Source of the DNA: a virus | Taxonomy: Duplodnaviria; Caudoviricetes | Strand: one strand, 5' to 3' | Virus record (IMG/VR): IMGVR_UViG_3300034268_000054 | Coordinates: 1 to 53,643 of that record | Length of the DNA stretch: 53,643 bases | Part shown: one piece after another, positions 27,857 through 37,657 of the stretch | Layout of the letters: the number at the start of each line of letters is the position of its first letter | How positions within the stretch are numbered: position 1 is the first letter of the stretch | Position numbers and translations under genes: made by a program | Notes under the pieces: model-generated | The model's database searches: none | What the model saw: only the letters and a program-made list of their open reading frames with translations | Told to the model about the DNA's origin: nothing

Positions 27857-29923
27857 TTATTGTGTCTGCTGAGGCTGTTCGCCGCCGCCTTGCGACTGAT
27901 CGCCGCCCTGCGACTGCTGATATTGGGCCAGTAGCTGCTGCCCCTCCTGAGACTGCTGGAGGAACGACATCAACTGTCCGAACTGTTCCTTCTTCTGCTG
28001 GTACTCTTTGATCTTCATGCGATCAGGCTCCGAGACGTACGGCAGCCAATCGAGCACCATGTCAAACGGAATTCGATCTTGATCGACCCACTTCTCGAGA
28101 GTCCCGGTCCGCGTCAGAAAGTCGAAGAACTCCATCCGCTCTGTCGGCGACGTGGGAGCCTCATCGATCTTGATGTCGAACCGTTCGATCTCCGGCCAGG
28201 ATGCTTTCTCGGGAACGAAGCTCGCTTTCTCTTCGCCCACAATTCGGGCCACCTGCTCGGGGGAGTAGAACTCGTACATGAATCGCATAGTCAAGTGGCC
28301 GTTGCGGCGGCGATACCTGCGTAGCGCATCGAAGAAGAGAGCGAGAATCGTATTCGACGCCTCCCTGACGGACTGCACGACCGTACCCGAGATACGCCTA
28401 AGATCCTGCTGGGCTCCAGTGTCGATGCCGGTAAGACCCGCCTGCTCCCCGACGCCGGCCTCGGCGATGCTCATCAACTCGCGCTCAAAGGGCGGAAACG
28501 ACGGAGGCTGCAATAGCATGTGCTTCTGACCGGCTATGAAGCCGTCCGGTACTACGGCGCCACCTCGCGGGTTTGAAAGCTGATCGAAGAACTCGTCTAC
28601 GTCCTCGACGGCGCTCTCCTCGATAATCATGACCTGCTTCGGGCTCGTCGCCAGCCTAGTAAGCGCCAGGGACATGAACGTGTTTCGCCAATCCTGGGGT
28701 CCCTTGGCGACGTCCACGAAACCAAAGAACGTGGTACCCTCACGCGTCGCTTTCGGAATTCCGGTCATGAACTCGTAGGTAAAGCCCATCGGTCGGTCGC
28801 CATACTCAAGGATGGTTTCCCCGCACATCACAGCGTACTTATGGGCGTACCGCTTGTATTTGGCCCAATCAGTAAAATCATCCCCGGTGATCTCCAGGTA
28901 TGTGTCCTGGAATTCCCGAAGAGACTCCCTGTCCTTGAAGATCTCCATCTTAGTCTCGGCGAGGAGAAGGTCCCTGATTCTCCGCTGACGACTAGGGCTC
29001 ATGCCGGCGTACTGCTCGCCGGTAACGGTGACAACTGGCGGCTCGACTCCAGGAGGCGCCGGTAGCGTCAGTTGAACAGAGGACTCCGCCTCCGAGACAA
29101 GACCCACCAACTCGTTAATACGAACGGGAATCGCAGCCTTGTATTCGAGCGAGACATCCTTCCATTCGACCTCCATCAAGAAAACTTCCTCTTCTGCGAC
29201 GGAGTACCACCGGCCCGTTGCGATTGAAAGCCACGGCCAACGTCCTCCCGCTCGGGACCCTGCCAAGTCGAGGATTGACTCACGTCCGAAGGTGTCGAAC
29301 ATAGAGCGAGCCCGAGGGCTCACATCGCCGTACTCCTCTTCTGCCTCTGCCAGGGCGACAAACTTCCCGCAGATATGCCACCTACGATCCACAAGGTTTT
29401 GCTTTCGAGATCTGGAGTCCCAGAGCATCCACCACACCGGGACCTCTTCATCAAGGATCAGACCGCGACCATCGTCTTCGAGCGGGTCCCAATACTTGTG
29501 AGCACAGGCGTATCCAGAGGAAACGCAGGACCGAAACACCATGCTCTCTTCATGCTCGGTTTCCGACATGTCACGCTGCCACCTCATGAACTCGTCGAAT
29601 ACTCCGGCCCATCCGCCGTCCGTTCGCGACCTTCCGTACGCCTTTGGAACGTACCGCTGCATGATCTCGCGGTTAGCGATGCTATTGAGAGCAGGTAGCA
29701 CCTTGTTCATCGGCATGTGCGGGCGATCCTTCGCCTTCTGTCGCTCGACATCACCTTCTCTCCACTGCGCGTCACCGGCTACGTAGGAATTGTTCTCCTC
29801 GCACCTATCGTGGATCGACACACAGTTGTCTGCGCCCTCCGAAACCCATCGCTGAATCTTCTTCACAAGCGCGGCCTCTTCATCCTCGCTAGGCTCGCGC
29901 TTGAGAGTAGTGAACGTTCTCAT
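27857..29923 (-). CDS. Portal protein (P22-like)
   Basis: GDAQW..RPHMPMNKV, ISGTVVQS, FDIKIDEAPTSPTER; start reassigned to ATG 29923. Confidence 0.85.
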   Translation of the reverse strand: MRTFTTLKREPSEDEEAALVKKIQRWVSEGADNCVSIHDRCEENNSYVAGDAQWREGDVERQKAKDRPHMPMNKVLPALNSIANREIMQRYVPKAYGRSRTDGGWAGVFDEFMRWQRDMSETEHEESMVFRSCVSSGYACAHKYWDPLEDDGRGLILDEEVPVWWMLWDSRSRKQNLVDRRWHICGKFVALAEAEEEYGDVSPRARSMFDTFGRESILDLAGSRAGGRWPWLSIATGRWYSVAEEEVFLMEVEWKDVSLEYKAAIPVRINELVGLVSEAESSVQLTLPAPPGVEPPVVTVTGEQYAGMSPSRQRRIRDLLLAETKMEIFKDRESLREFQDTYLEITGDDFTDWAKYKRYAHKYAVMCGETILEYGDRPMGFTYEFMTGIPKATREGTTFFGFVDVAKGPQDWRNTFMSLALTRLATSPKQVMIIEESAVEDVDEFFDQLSNPRGGAVVPDGFIAGQKHMLLQPPSFPPFERELMSIAEAGVGEQAGLTGIDTGAQQDLRRISGTVVQSVREASNTILALFFDALRRYRRRNGHLTMRFMYEFYSPEQVARIVGEEKASFVPEKASWPEIERFDIKIDEAPTSPTERMEFFDFLTRTGTLEKWVDQDRIPFDMVLDWLPYVSEPDRMKIKEYQQKKEQFGQLMSFLQQSQEGQQLLAQYQQSQGGDQSQGGGEQPQQTQ

Positions 29924-29925
29924 TC

Positions 29926-31626
29926 TTATCCGGCACTCATGGCGCCGTAGCTCCTTCCGAATCGATTCCTGATCTTCTTCTTCAAGGATAGAGTGGGGTA
30001 GGAAAGAGGCCCGACCTTGGCCTCCGGCTCCCACAGCAGTGACCCGGCGTCAAGCATGTTGTCCGTGAGCGGATGTGGAAACTTACTCCATTCCTCGTCA
30101 ACGAAGTAAGAAACCAGATCGGTCAGCACGCCCTTCTCGTCAGGTCGCACAAGTCCTGGACCGCCATCCTTGACGGACACCGGAATTAGAACGTCCCCGA
30201 TCGCGGCGGGACCAGCCCACCTTTCGAATTCGCGGTCTCGCTTGCCAGAGGTGAACTTACCCGTTCGCATATTGTCCGCGCAGGCCACTACCTTGACGTA
30301 GAAGCCGCTGGCATTGAGCGCCTTTTGGATGTTCACGTCGTACGTTGACTGCCCGAAGTTCTCTACTCTGATTTCTACGACCCTCTTCCCAAGGTTCGTC
30401 CACTTGGCGAGTATCTTGAGAATCTCGTCGCCAAACTCCGGAAGCGCGGGATCGAGACGCTTCATCGAACAATCGACCCAGGAGGCTTTCTTGTCCGCGC
30501 CCAAGGCCCACACCCAAATCACCATAGGGTCTTTAACCCCGCGGCTCGGGTCGATGCAGATGTAGATGTTCTTGTTCTTGCCCCAATCATCCGGTAGACC
30601 TGGATACTTTAGTAGCCAGTCGGGTTTCAGACTTCGATCTTCGCCAGCTCGAAACGAGCAGCAGATTTGGACAGCGTACTCTGACTTGTCCTTGATCTTT
30701 GTATAGAACATGAACAGCCGAGACGGAGTGAACGGGTAAACGGGAGTACCGCCCATCGGACCCTCTCCCGGGGTCTCCAGATCCTCTCCCGGCATAATGC
30801 GGACCCGATCGGGCTCATTCTTGCACCGCTCATATACCCGCTTGGCGAGACCGCTGTCTGAATAGAACGTGTTCGTGAACATCTCCACCGGGGTGGTGAT
30901 GGCTACTGGGGTAAGGAGGACAACGCTCGCATCGTAGGTAGCGTGAAGCACTCGAAGCATGTCCTCGTTCGACACGGACTTCTTGTCTTCGATGTCATCG
31001 AAATCGATCTGGTCGAAGCGGCCTCCCGTAGGAGTGCCGTTGAAGAAGGCGTTGTACTCTAGGCTGTTGTCCTTGCGCTGCTGCGACCGCTTAACCCGTA
31101 GACCATCTTCCAGTGACCAGACTGTTTCGTTGTTTTTGGCGGCCGAGACTGGATCCTCGAAAAGCACGTCGTCACACACCACCTTCAGCAGCGTGTTAGT
31201 CTCCAGCTCCTCCTTGATGCCTCGGAAATGCTTCTTGGCAAACTTTCTCTGGAAGGAAAAGATGCACCCGGTTGAATTCGGGTAGCGAATCATCCTCTGG
31301 ATATTTCCGCACTTCGTTCTTAGGGTACTCTTTCCGGAGCCTCTGGCAGAGCCGTCGAAGCCCCCTCCATTCTCAAGCTGCCATTCAATCTGCCTGCACC
31401 AGTCGATGTAGAACTGATTGAAGTAGAGAGGCGTTCCCGTCTCGGAGTTAATGACTCGGCCGTCCGAAACAACGTCATTGATGAGGAAGAAGATATCGTT
31501 CTCGATGTACCATCTGACAGCCGTCGCCCACTCGGAGATCCTGTTGGCTTGCTTAAGACCATTCAACCAACGGCGAAGCTCTGTATAGCCCTTGATGTCA
31601 GACGGCTTCAGCAGAGCGCTCATCAT
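29926..31626 (-). CDS. terL: Terminase large subunit
   Basis: Walker A ARGSGKST, Walker B IDFDDIE, nuclease ICIDPS and DNMLDA. Confidence 0.85.
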   Translation of the reverse strand: MMSALLKPSDIKGYTELRRWLNGLKQANRISEWATAVRWYIENDIFFLINDVVSDGRVINSETGTPLYFNQFYIDWCRQIEWQLENGGGFDGSARGSGKSTLRTKCGNIQRMIRYPNSTGCIFSFQRKFAKKHFRGIKEELETNTLLKVVCDDVLFEDPVSAAKNNETVWSLEDGLRVKRSQQRKDNSLEYNAFFNGTPTGGRFDQIDFDDIEDKKSVSNEDMLRVLHATYDASVVLLTPVAITTPVEMFTNTFYSDSGLAKRVYERCKNEPDRVRIMPGEDLETPGEGPMGGTPVYPFTPSRLFMFYTKIKDKSEYAVQICCSFRAGEDRSLKPDWLLKYPGLPDDWGKNKNIYICIDPSRGVKDPMVIWVWALGADKKASWVDCSMKRLDPALPEFGDEILKILAKWTNLGKRVVEIRVENFGQSTYDVNIQKALNASGFYVKVVACADNMRTGKFTSGKRDREFERWAGPAAIGDVLIPVSVKDGGPGLVRPDEKGVLTDLVSYFVDEEWSKFPHPLTDNMLDAGSLLWEPEAKVGPLSYPTLSLKKKIRNRFGRSYGAMSAG

Positions 31627-32416
31627 CCTCCTCTACGTACTCGGCGTCGATTACTTCAGGGTCGGCTCTACTCGAACCAAGATCAAGAACCCGACTCTCA
31701 TCAACGCCCGGCGGAAGCGCACGTTGCTCGACTCCTCCGAAGAAGGTCTGCTGCTCTTGCATTAGAAGCGCTAGGCGCTCCTCTCTCGGAAGCAGCTTGT
31801 GAGTGTGCTCGTGCTCGACTTTTCCGCTGTGTGTGATTTCCACCTGCTTTCCCCACCTGCGCGGATCACGCTTTGTCAACCACCTGTCCGCGATCCATGC
31901 TTTTTTGGCGGGGTCGGTACACTGTCGAAATGCCCAGACGAAACCTCCCTCCATCTCCGCGGCGATTTGCATCTCCACCATGTGGACCATTTCCGCGAAG
32001 TCCTTATCGAAGAAGGGGTAACCTTCCGTGAGCATCTGGTAAATGTGAGTGTACGAGTAAGGAGACTTGTTCGCTGCGTCGAGCCTGCTTCCTGATTCGG
32101 CAAGGTCGGTGCAGAACTTAAGTCTCCAGTCCGCGAAAGCCTCGGGGTCTTGATCTTCCTTCGAGGGTCCGCCGTTGTTTACTGTACCGGGGGACCTCAA
32201 ACTAAGAAGGGCGTCGTATCTGGCCCGAAAGTCAGCATCCGACGCCCTCCATCTTTCGACTTCTACTAGAAGTGACTTAGGCTTCGTCTCTCCGGCCGCA
32301 AACTTCCGGCACAACTCAGAAACGCTTACCTCCTCATCTGCTTCGAGTTCTTCCAGTAGCTTCTCTTTAGACCACCCCTCGGCCCTGGCGCCTCTCGGTC
32401 GTCCAGTTCCGGCCAT
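31598..32416 (-). CDS. terS: Putative terminase small subunit
   Basis: Directly upstream of TerL; WLTKRDPRRWGKQVEITHSGKVEHEH and VIDAEY tail. Confidence 0.7.
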   Translation of the reverse strand: MAGTGRPRGARAEGWSKEKLLEELEADEEVSVSELCRKFAAGETKPKSLLVEVERWRASDADFRARYDALLSLRSPGTVNNGGPSKEDQDPEAFADWRLKFCTDLAESGSRLDAANKSPYSYTHIYQMLTEGYPFFDKDFAEMVHMVEMQIAAEMEGGFVWAFRQCTDPAKKAWIADRWLTKRDPRRWGKQVEITHSGKVEHEHTHKLLPREERLALLMQEQQTFFGGVEQRALPPGVDESRVLDLGSSRADPEVIDAEYVEEDDERSAEAV

Positions 32417-32431
32417 GTTGTGGTCCCCTAC

Positions 32432-32635
32432 TTAGCCGTAGGTGGTGCCGTCCTTCAGCTTGGGGGCCTTGCCCACCTCCTGGCGCCCGGTGCTGTCCGG
32501 GTAGCCACCCTTGAGCGGGCTGCCGCCCTTGGTCTTGGCGCCGCCTGTGCCCTCGCCGCTGTTCGACCGCTGGCCGGTGTTGGGGCGCGTCTTCTCGTCG
32601 GATGCGGGGATTCCCTCGTAACCCATTCCGTTCAT
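32432..32635 (-). CDS. Small Gly/Lys-rich hypothetical protein
   Basis: GGAGG/GAGG RBS; GC3 bias. Confidence 0.6.
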   Translation of the reverse strand: MNGMGYEGIPASDEKTRPNTGQRSNSGEGTGGAKTKGGSPLKGGYPDSTGRQEVGKAPKLKDGTTYG

Positions 32636-32678
32636 GCTTCCTCGACCTCCCTGAAATCTTGCGTTAATCGGTTAGCAG

Positions 32679-33692
32679 CTAGTACCGCTCGGGGCCGCGC
32701 TGCATCGCTAGGGCCATCTTCTGAAGGATTGGCGACTGATTGATGATGTCGGGCGTCTGCGCGACGCCTCCGGTTGCCTGCGATCCCGGCTTCAGCTTCT
32801 TGGCGAGCTTGGCGGCGATCTCGGGCTTCACCTGCTCGGGCTGGCGAGCGATCGGCTGCGTCGGCTGCTTGAGCGGTTTGACTTGCATGCCGCCGCCCGC
32901 GGCCGGCATCGGCAGCGGCTTCACCAGCGGCTTGGCCTGCATGCCGCCCCCGTCGTCCTTCTGCCCTGGAACCGAATAGCTGTCGATCGCCATCGGCGGG
33001 TTGCCCATGCGCAGCGGCTTCTCCGCCATGATCGGCGGGCTCCCCGGGGCTGTGGGGTGGTAGACGTTCGGCGCCGGGGCCTCGGGGTGGAAGACGTTCG
33101 GCGCGAAGCTGTGGATCGTGTCGGTCGGCGAGCCCGCGGGCGAAGCACCGCCACCAGCTCCAATCGAAGAGAGAAGAGCGGAAGAGATCGGGCTCTGCGC
33201 AATGCTGATCGGCATGGAGGTCATCGGCATTCTTAGCGACTGCACCCCGCCGCCGCCGGCATTGCCGCCGGACGCCGCGCCGGGGTCAGCGCCACCGGCC
33301 TGCCCAGGCGAGGCCCCGCTGACCGCCGGGGAAACCTGCCGGCCGACTGCCGGGGGAACCTGCCGCCCAATCGCGGGCTTTGCCTGGAATGGCTGTCCGC
33401 CGGCATTTCCACCGGACTGGAGACCTCCGCCGTCGATGTTCTGCACGCCGCCACCGCCCTGAAGCCCGCCGCCGTCGAGGTGCTGCATTCCGCCGCCGTC
33501 GAGCTGCTGCTGAAGCTCGGGCGGGAACTTCCGAATCTGCGGCTTCGCGAAGCCCTGCGCGCCGAGAGTGCGATAGATGTTCATCAAGTCCGGGCTCATC
33601 CCGCCGCCGCCGCCCAGGCCGAGCCCGCCGCCGCCGAAGCCCATTCCCCCGCCGCCGCCGCCGTAGGGGAGCTGAAGAGTGTTGAAGTCCAC
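32679..33692 (-). CDS. Gly/Pro/Gln/Met-rich low-complexity protein
   Basis: 337 aa ORF with paired internal peptide repeats; in operon. Confidence 0.65.
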   Translation of the reverse strand: MDFNTLQLPYGGGGGGMGFGGGGLGLGGGGGMSPDLMNIYRTLGAQGFAKPQIRKFPPELQQQLDGGGMQHLDGGGLQGGGGVQNIDGGGLQSGGNAGGQPFQAKPAIGRQVPPAVGRQVSPAVSGASPGQAGGADPGAASGGNAGGGGVQSLRMPMTSMPISIAQSPISSALLSSIGAGGGASPAGSPTDTIHSFAPNVFHPEAPAPNVYHPTAPGSPPIMAEKPLRMGNPPMAIDSYSVPGQKDDGGGMQAKPLVKPLPMPAAGGGMQVKPLKQPTQPIARQPEQVKPEIAAKLAKKLKPGSQATGGVAQTPDIINQSPILQKMALAMQRGPERY

Positions 33693-33695
33693 TGA

Positions 33696-34196
33696 TTACC
33701 ACTCCGTGACGGTATCGAGAGAGACCAGGAGGAAGACGGTCACCGTGCCGGCGGCGGCGGTGGCTGCCGCGGTGCCCACCTTCGTGGTGAGCGTCTTGCC
33801 GCCCACGTCGTAGCCCAGCACCTCGGCCGTGGTGTCTGCCTCCACGTACCCGCCGGCCCGCGGAGTCTGGCTCGTCGCGAGAATCGTCTTCTCGACCGCG
33901 CCGGCCGGAGTGTTGATGTTGACGTTCACGGTCAGAGTCTTAGACGCGTTGGAATCGAGAGCGGTGAACTTGAACGCGGCCCGTACGAGAAAGACGCCAT
34001 CGGGAAAGACAAGGAGATCCAGCTCGTCATTCGCGGTATCCACGTCGGCGGCGGAGATGTTGATGGTTCTGCGGATCAGGTAGAGCCCGCCGTTCGCGGC
34101 GTACTCGGAACTGCGACGACGGCGAGCCTTCTTGTTGATCGCATTGGCGAGCGCATCCTTGTTGGCGCTAACCGCGATGTTGTGAGTCAACGGCAT
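33696..34196 (-). CDS. Second decoration-like protein (paralog of 24871..25356)
   Basis: LDSNASKTLT, RAGG, AATAAAGTV; AGGAG RBS. Confidence 0.7.
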   Translation of the reverse strand: MPLTHNIAVSANKDALANAINKKARRRRSSEYAANGGLYLIRRTINISAADVDTANDELDLLVFPDGVFLVRAAFKFTALDSNASKTLTVNVNINTPAGAVEKTILATSQTPRAGGYVEADTTAEVLGYDVGGKTLTTKVGTAAATAAAGTVTVFLLVSLDTVTEW

Positions 34197-34500
34197 TCTT
34201 TTCTGTTGCTCCTGGGGCTTGGCGCCACTCCCGACGCCGGGTGATTAGTTAACTGCATCAAGAGGGGTGCTCAGAACGAACATGAAATAAAAGCACACAG
34301 CGAACCCCGCGAGTGACCCTCGCTTTCCGCGCCAGCGGCGTAACGATTTGTCCTACCGCCGTCAGGCGCCGGCAAGGCTTTGTCGTTACCTATATGGGGC
34401 TCAACTGTGTGCTTCGAGGGGGGAGACTGCAAGATGTGCCCGGGGTCGCCAGTCTCACACCTCTCCGCCGACATGAGGAACTGCTATCGGCAAGTTTGTC

Positions 34501-34530
34501 TTTATACCACGAATGACCGGTGTCGGTCAA
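34501..34530 (-). promoter_or_regulatory. Sigma70-like promoter
   Basis: TTGACC-18-TATAAA with extended TG; no dyad upstream. Confidence 0.55.
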
Positions 34531-34736
34531 GGCATGGGAAGGGTTTTCTGTTTCACTTCTGATCCAGCCCTAGCCCTGGCGACAGCGCGAGCAAGGCTTG
34601 CGGCCGAGGAGGCATTTACCGACCTCGCGTCGGCCGGAATAGGTGGCGGCTCTGGCGCGCGCGAGAAACCATTTCCCTGTTGAGTCGCTGCGTAGTGTGA
34701 CGCCGCTGCCGAGATAACAGCCGCAGTAACCGCCAT
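34527..34736 (-). CDS. Small Ala-rich protein with ejection-protein-like N-terminus
   Basis: MAVTAAVISAAASHYAA resembles the start of 18943..20682. Confidence 0.5.
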   Translation of the reverse strand: MAVTAAVISAAASHYAATQQGNGFSRAPEPPPIPADARSVNASSAASLARAVARARAGSEVKQKTLPMP

Positions 34737-34752
34737 TTACTCGGCCCCTGCG

Positions 34753-35103
34753 CTAGACGCGCTCGCCATTCGGTCCGACAAGAGGCCCGGGGACAACGAT
34801 CAGGCTGGGGTTCGCCCAGGCGTCGGCCACGTCGCGAGGCACCCGCACCAGGAGATACACGTCCTGAAGGTTGGGCTTGCCGTTGATGTTCTTGACGACC
34901 GAGTCGGGTACCGCGATCTCTAGCTTGGCCGGGCGCTTGTCATTCTTACGGGCGCTGCCCATAAGAACGCTTTGGAGGTGGAGAGCGTTCACCGTGTTGG
35001 GGTGATTCTCTACCGCATGAAAGAGGAGGTTGGCGATTGCTCCGATTGTAGTGAGCTGAGAGTGAGGGACGACCTTACCCCCGGTGGCATCATCCGTAGT
35101 CAT
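34753..35103 (-). CDS. Hypothetical protein
   Basis: Coding-like ORF overlapping the upstream HTH stop. Confidence 0.65.
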   Translation of the reverse strand: MTTDDATGGKVVPHSQLTTIGAIANLLFHAVENHPNTVNALHLQSVLMGSARKNDKRPAKLEIAVPDSVVKNINGKPNLQDVYLLVRVPRDVADAWANPSLIVVPGPLVGPNGERV

Positions 35104-35422
35104 ATAGTTCTCTTGCAATCTCCTTTCCGAGCTTGAGGATTAGATCGTCGGGCAGTCCCTCGAAGGTGACCGCCAAGCGATAGCAGACTTCAAACAGGAT
35201 CAGTTTCGACGTTTGCTTCTTGCCAGCCCTGTTGAGTCGAGTCAAAAGGAACTTCTCGGCCTGCCTAGTCCTGGTAATGTCCAGCGGCGGCTTAGTCCCC
35301 AGCTCTATCTGACTCAAGTAAGACATGGTGACAGGCGGATGGACGGCGGCGCCCACTTCTTTGAGAAGGACGCCAGCCTCGTCCCTCATGCGCCGTAGTT
35401 CTTTTCCGTATTCAAATCTCAT
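35090..35422 (-). CDS. XRE-family HTH regulator
   Basis: YGKELRRMRDEAGVLLKEVG...SYLSQIELG; start reassigned to ATG 35422. Confidence 0.75.
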   Translation of the reverse strand: MRFEYGKELRRMRDEAGVLLKEVGAAVHPPVTMSYLSQIELGTKPPLDITRTRQAEKFLLTRLNRAGKKQTSKLILFEVCYRLAVTFEGLPDDLILKLGKEIARELYDYG

Positions 35423-35477
35423 AACCGCCGAGTGTACCGACTCGGCCGAATCGGTGTCAAGCCCTGCCCGTAACCGG

Positions 35478-35774
35478 TTAATCCTCGGCTGGGACCAGGA
35501 AGCTGGCCCTCCAATTCTCCCTCGGCGAGCCGTTGAAGCCCCGCCGGAACTCCGCCCTGCCCAGGAGGAAGCCCCGCTTCGTCGCCAGCTCGGCCTCGGC
35601 GTGGTCCCTGGTGAACCCCACCGGGTTCCGCGGGAATGCCCTGCGGTAGACGACTTTCCACCCGAAGTGCTTGCCCACGTCCACAAGGTGGGCCGGGCGA
35701 TACCTCTGGACCAGGAGGAGCAGGAGCTTCTGCACCCAACGGCGCAGGCTAAGCCGCTCGCCCTTCGGATTCAC
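35478..35774 (-). CDS. Possible hypothetical protein
   Basis: Fills an operon gap; its stop coincides with the TAACCGGTTA motif; start uncertain. Confidence 0.4.
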   Translation of the reverse strand: MNPKGERLSLRRWVQKLLLLLVQRYRPAHLVDVGKHFGWKVVYRRAFPRNPVGFTRDHAEAELATKRGFLLGRAEFRRGFNGSPRENWRASFLVPAED

Positions 35775-36126
35775 CGGCCTCCCAGGGATCTCCGGACAGG
35801 CGCCGAGCTTTCCGGATGGCACCTGCAAGCCGGGAACCGACAACGAACGCCGCCGCGTTCCTATCGCTGAAGCTGTTCTCTCTGTCAAGTCTCCACTCCC
35901 ACTTGAAGTAAGTGATATCTCCGTTCGGCTTCATGTCAGCCCTATGAGAGAAGATCTCATCCCCGTCTTCCCAGATCGACTCCATCCGGCGGTAGATCAG
36001 GAAGTCTGACCCCGAGTGGTCGTGGTACACGTCAGTGCCAGGCCCTCGCGGACACCCGAACACTGGACACGGTAGATCCCCTCTGTACTGGTGAAGTCCG
36101 CAGAACGCCTTCCTCGCCTGTCTCAC
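35749..36126 (-). CDS. Hypothetical protein with Cys/His cluster
   Basis: CGLH..CPVFGC; coupled to the upstream ORF. Confidence 0.6.
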   Translation of the reverse strand: MRQARKAFCGLHQYRGDLPCPVFGCPRGPGTDVYHDHSGSDFLIYRRMESIWEDGDEIFSHRADMKPNGDITYFKWEWRLDRENSFSDRNAAAFVVGSRLAGAIRKARRLSGDPWEAGESEGRAA

Positions 36127-36314
36127 TAGAACTCCGGATTAGTCAGGTACTCTTCTCCGACAGTCTCGCTATCCTCCGGAATCTCCGTGAAGTGGCACGA
36201 GCATGCGCCCTGGCACATACAGAAGTCCGGAATGTGCGAGTCGCAGGGATGAACCCAACCCTCTCGCTCTCTGTCTCGCTTGCGCAGCCAAGCTTCCTCA
36301 CTAATCTGCAACAT
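36126..36314 (-). CDS. Small Cys-rich protein
   Basis: HPCDSH..CMCQGACSCH; GAGAGGAG RBS; first gene after promoter site 6. Confidence 0.6.
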   Translation of the reverse strand: MLQISEEAWLRKRDREREGWVHPCDSHIPDFCMCQGACSCHFTEIPEDSETVGEEYLTNPEF

Positions 36315-36403
36315 GATCTCCTCTCAACTCAGATCTTGATATGGATGGTGTACAACATACCTGCCCTGTTTCCCAGGTCGGGATACTGTCTATTGCGGGT
36401 TGA

Positions 36404-36456
36404 AGTGTGCCATAGGGGGCATACCTACGTCTCGCGTTTGTGTCACGTATGACACA
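36404..36456 (-). promoter_or_regulatory. Promoter at head of late block with perfect-arm dyad (site 6)
   Basis: TGTGTCA-TACG-TGACACA then AACGC, GAGACG-18-CACACT with extended TG. Confidence 0.6.
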
Positions 36457-36903
36457 GAAGGCCGGCCGGCCTATTAGAAAAAATGCTTGTCAGGTCTACG
36501 GTGGTTAAGCGGGGACCGGGGCGATGGCGGATGGGCTCACCCCCCCCTGTGGAAAAGCTGCGGATATCCCGCACCAAACTACCGCGGCAGTGGGACGGCG
36601 CCGATGTATCTACTACCTCAGTCGTTGTGCGGGTGGCGGTGTGACGTGGCGTGTGCCATTCGTCCAGGCTAGCAGTCTAAGCCATTGCATTGCCTCCACT
36701 TACGTGCGCGCCGCAGTAGATAGGGAATCTGCTGGCGAAGGGGCTGGGGGGATCTTGCTCATTTCGGGGGATACCTTGCTTCCCCGCTACTCCTATCCCC
36801 TAAGCTGGGCGCCTTCCCTCTTTACCTTCCTTTGTGGAAGTACACTCACGCTAGGCGAAGAAGACACGCGGACCGAGCTTAGCTCCCCTCTCCCCTGGGA
36901 TGA

Positions 36904-36960
36904 CGGGGGATCGCTTGGGATGTCCGGTATCGCGTGGCACGGCGGGGGATCGCTTGGGAT
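36904..36960 (+). repeat. 18-nt direct repeat in non-coding region
   Basis: CGGGGGATCGCTTGGGAT at 36904-36921 and 36943-36960. Confidence 0.85.
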
Positions 36961-37309
36961 TCCAGCTTGCCCTATCGTCTGGTATCCCTCCTATTCCCTC
37001 CATGCTCTTCTCTTGGGTCCTGGTATAACCGGAATACCTGGGATAACTGGTATCTCCCTCTATTCTCTCTATGTTTCTCTATGTCTCTCTATCCTCTCTT
37101 ATCTCCCCTTATAGCTGGTAACACTTCACCCACTAATCAGGGTATCGCCTTGTTTCCCCTTATTCACAGGTAATACCCTAAGCCCCTTTATTCTAATAGG
37201 TTAAGTAGGGTATCTCCAGGTATACCCCTATATAGTCCTTATATAGGCATCCCCCGGCCCTGAAGCCGAGGGATTAGGCGCCTTGCTTAGGTGGGGAGGC
37301 TAGGGGAAA

Positions 37310-37657
37310 TCAGTATTCGACTACGGCGGCGGAACAGAAACGGCACTTCCCTTGCGGGGGATAGTCGTTGCCTTGCCAGTGTAGTCTAGGACACTGGTAG
37401 CGCTTGGGACGTTCGATAGCTATCACGCTTCCCCCGAATATCTCCAGAACTTGCTCGACAACCCCAGGAGGAGCGAACGGCGGCGCGGCTCCTGGTAGCG
37501 GCGGCGCGGGCGGCGCCACTCTCGCGAGTAGGTTACCCGCCTGCCGCGCTCCTGGCGCCGTGGGCGCGAGATCGAGCGGGAGGACGGGCGTTCCCTCCGG
37601 CCGTGGCGAGATCGAGCCCTGGCGGGGCTGTGGCGCCTGCTTTGTTTCTTCAGTCAA
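37310..37657 (-). CDS. Pro-rich protein with C-terminal Cys/His cluster
   Basis: AAAGGAGG RBS with TTG start; CPRLHW...CRFC. Confidence 0.6.
   Translation of the reverse strand: MTEETKQAPQPRQGSISPRPEGTPVLPLDLAPTAPGARQAGNLLARVAPPAPPLPGAAPPFAPPGVVEQVLEIFGGSVIAIERPKRYQCPRLHWQGNDYPPQGKCRFCSAAVVEY

Noticed and set aside
36524-37173. ORFs across the pyrimidine-rich region
   Set aside because: Leu/Ser/Tyr low-complexity translations arising from C/T repeats; no RBS; atypical codon usage
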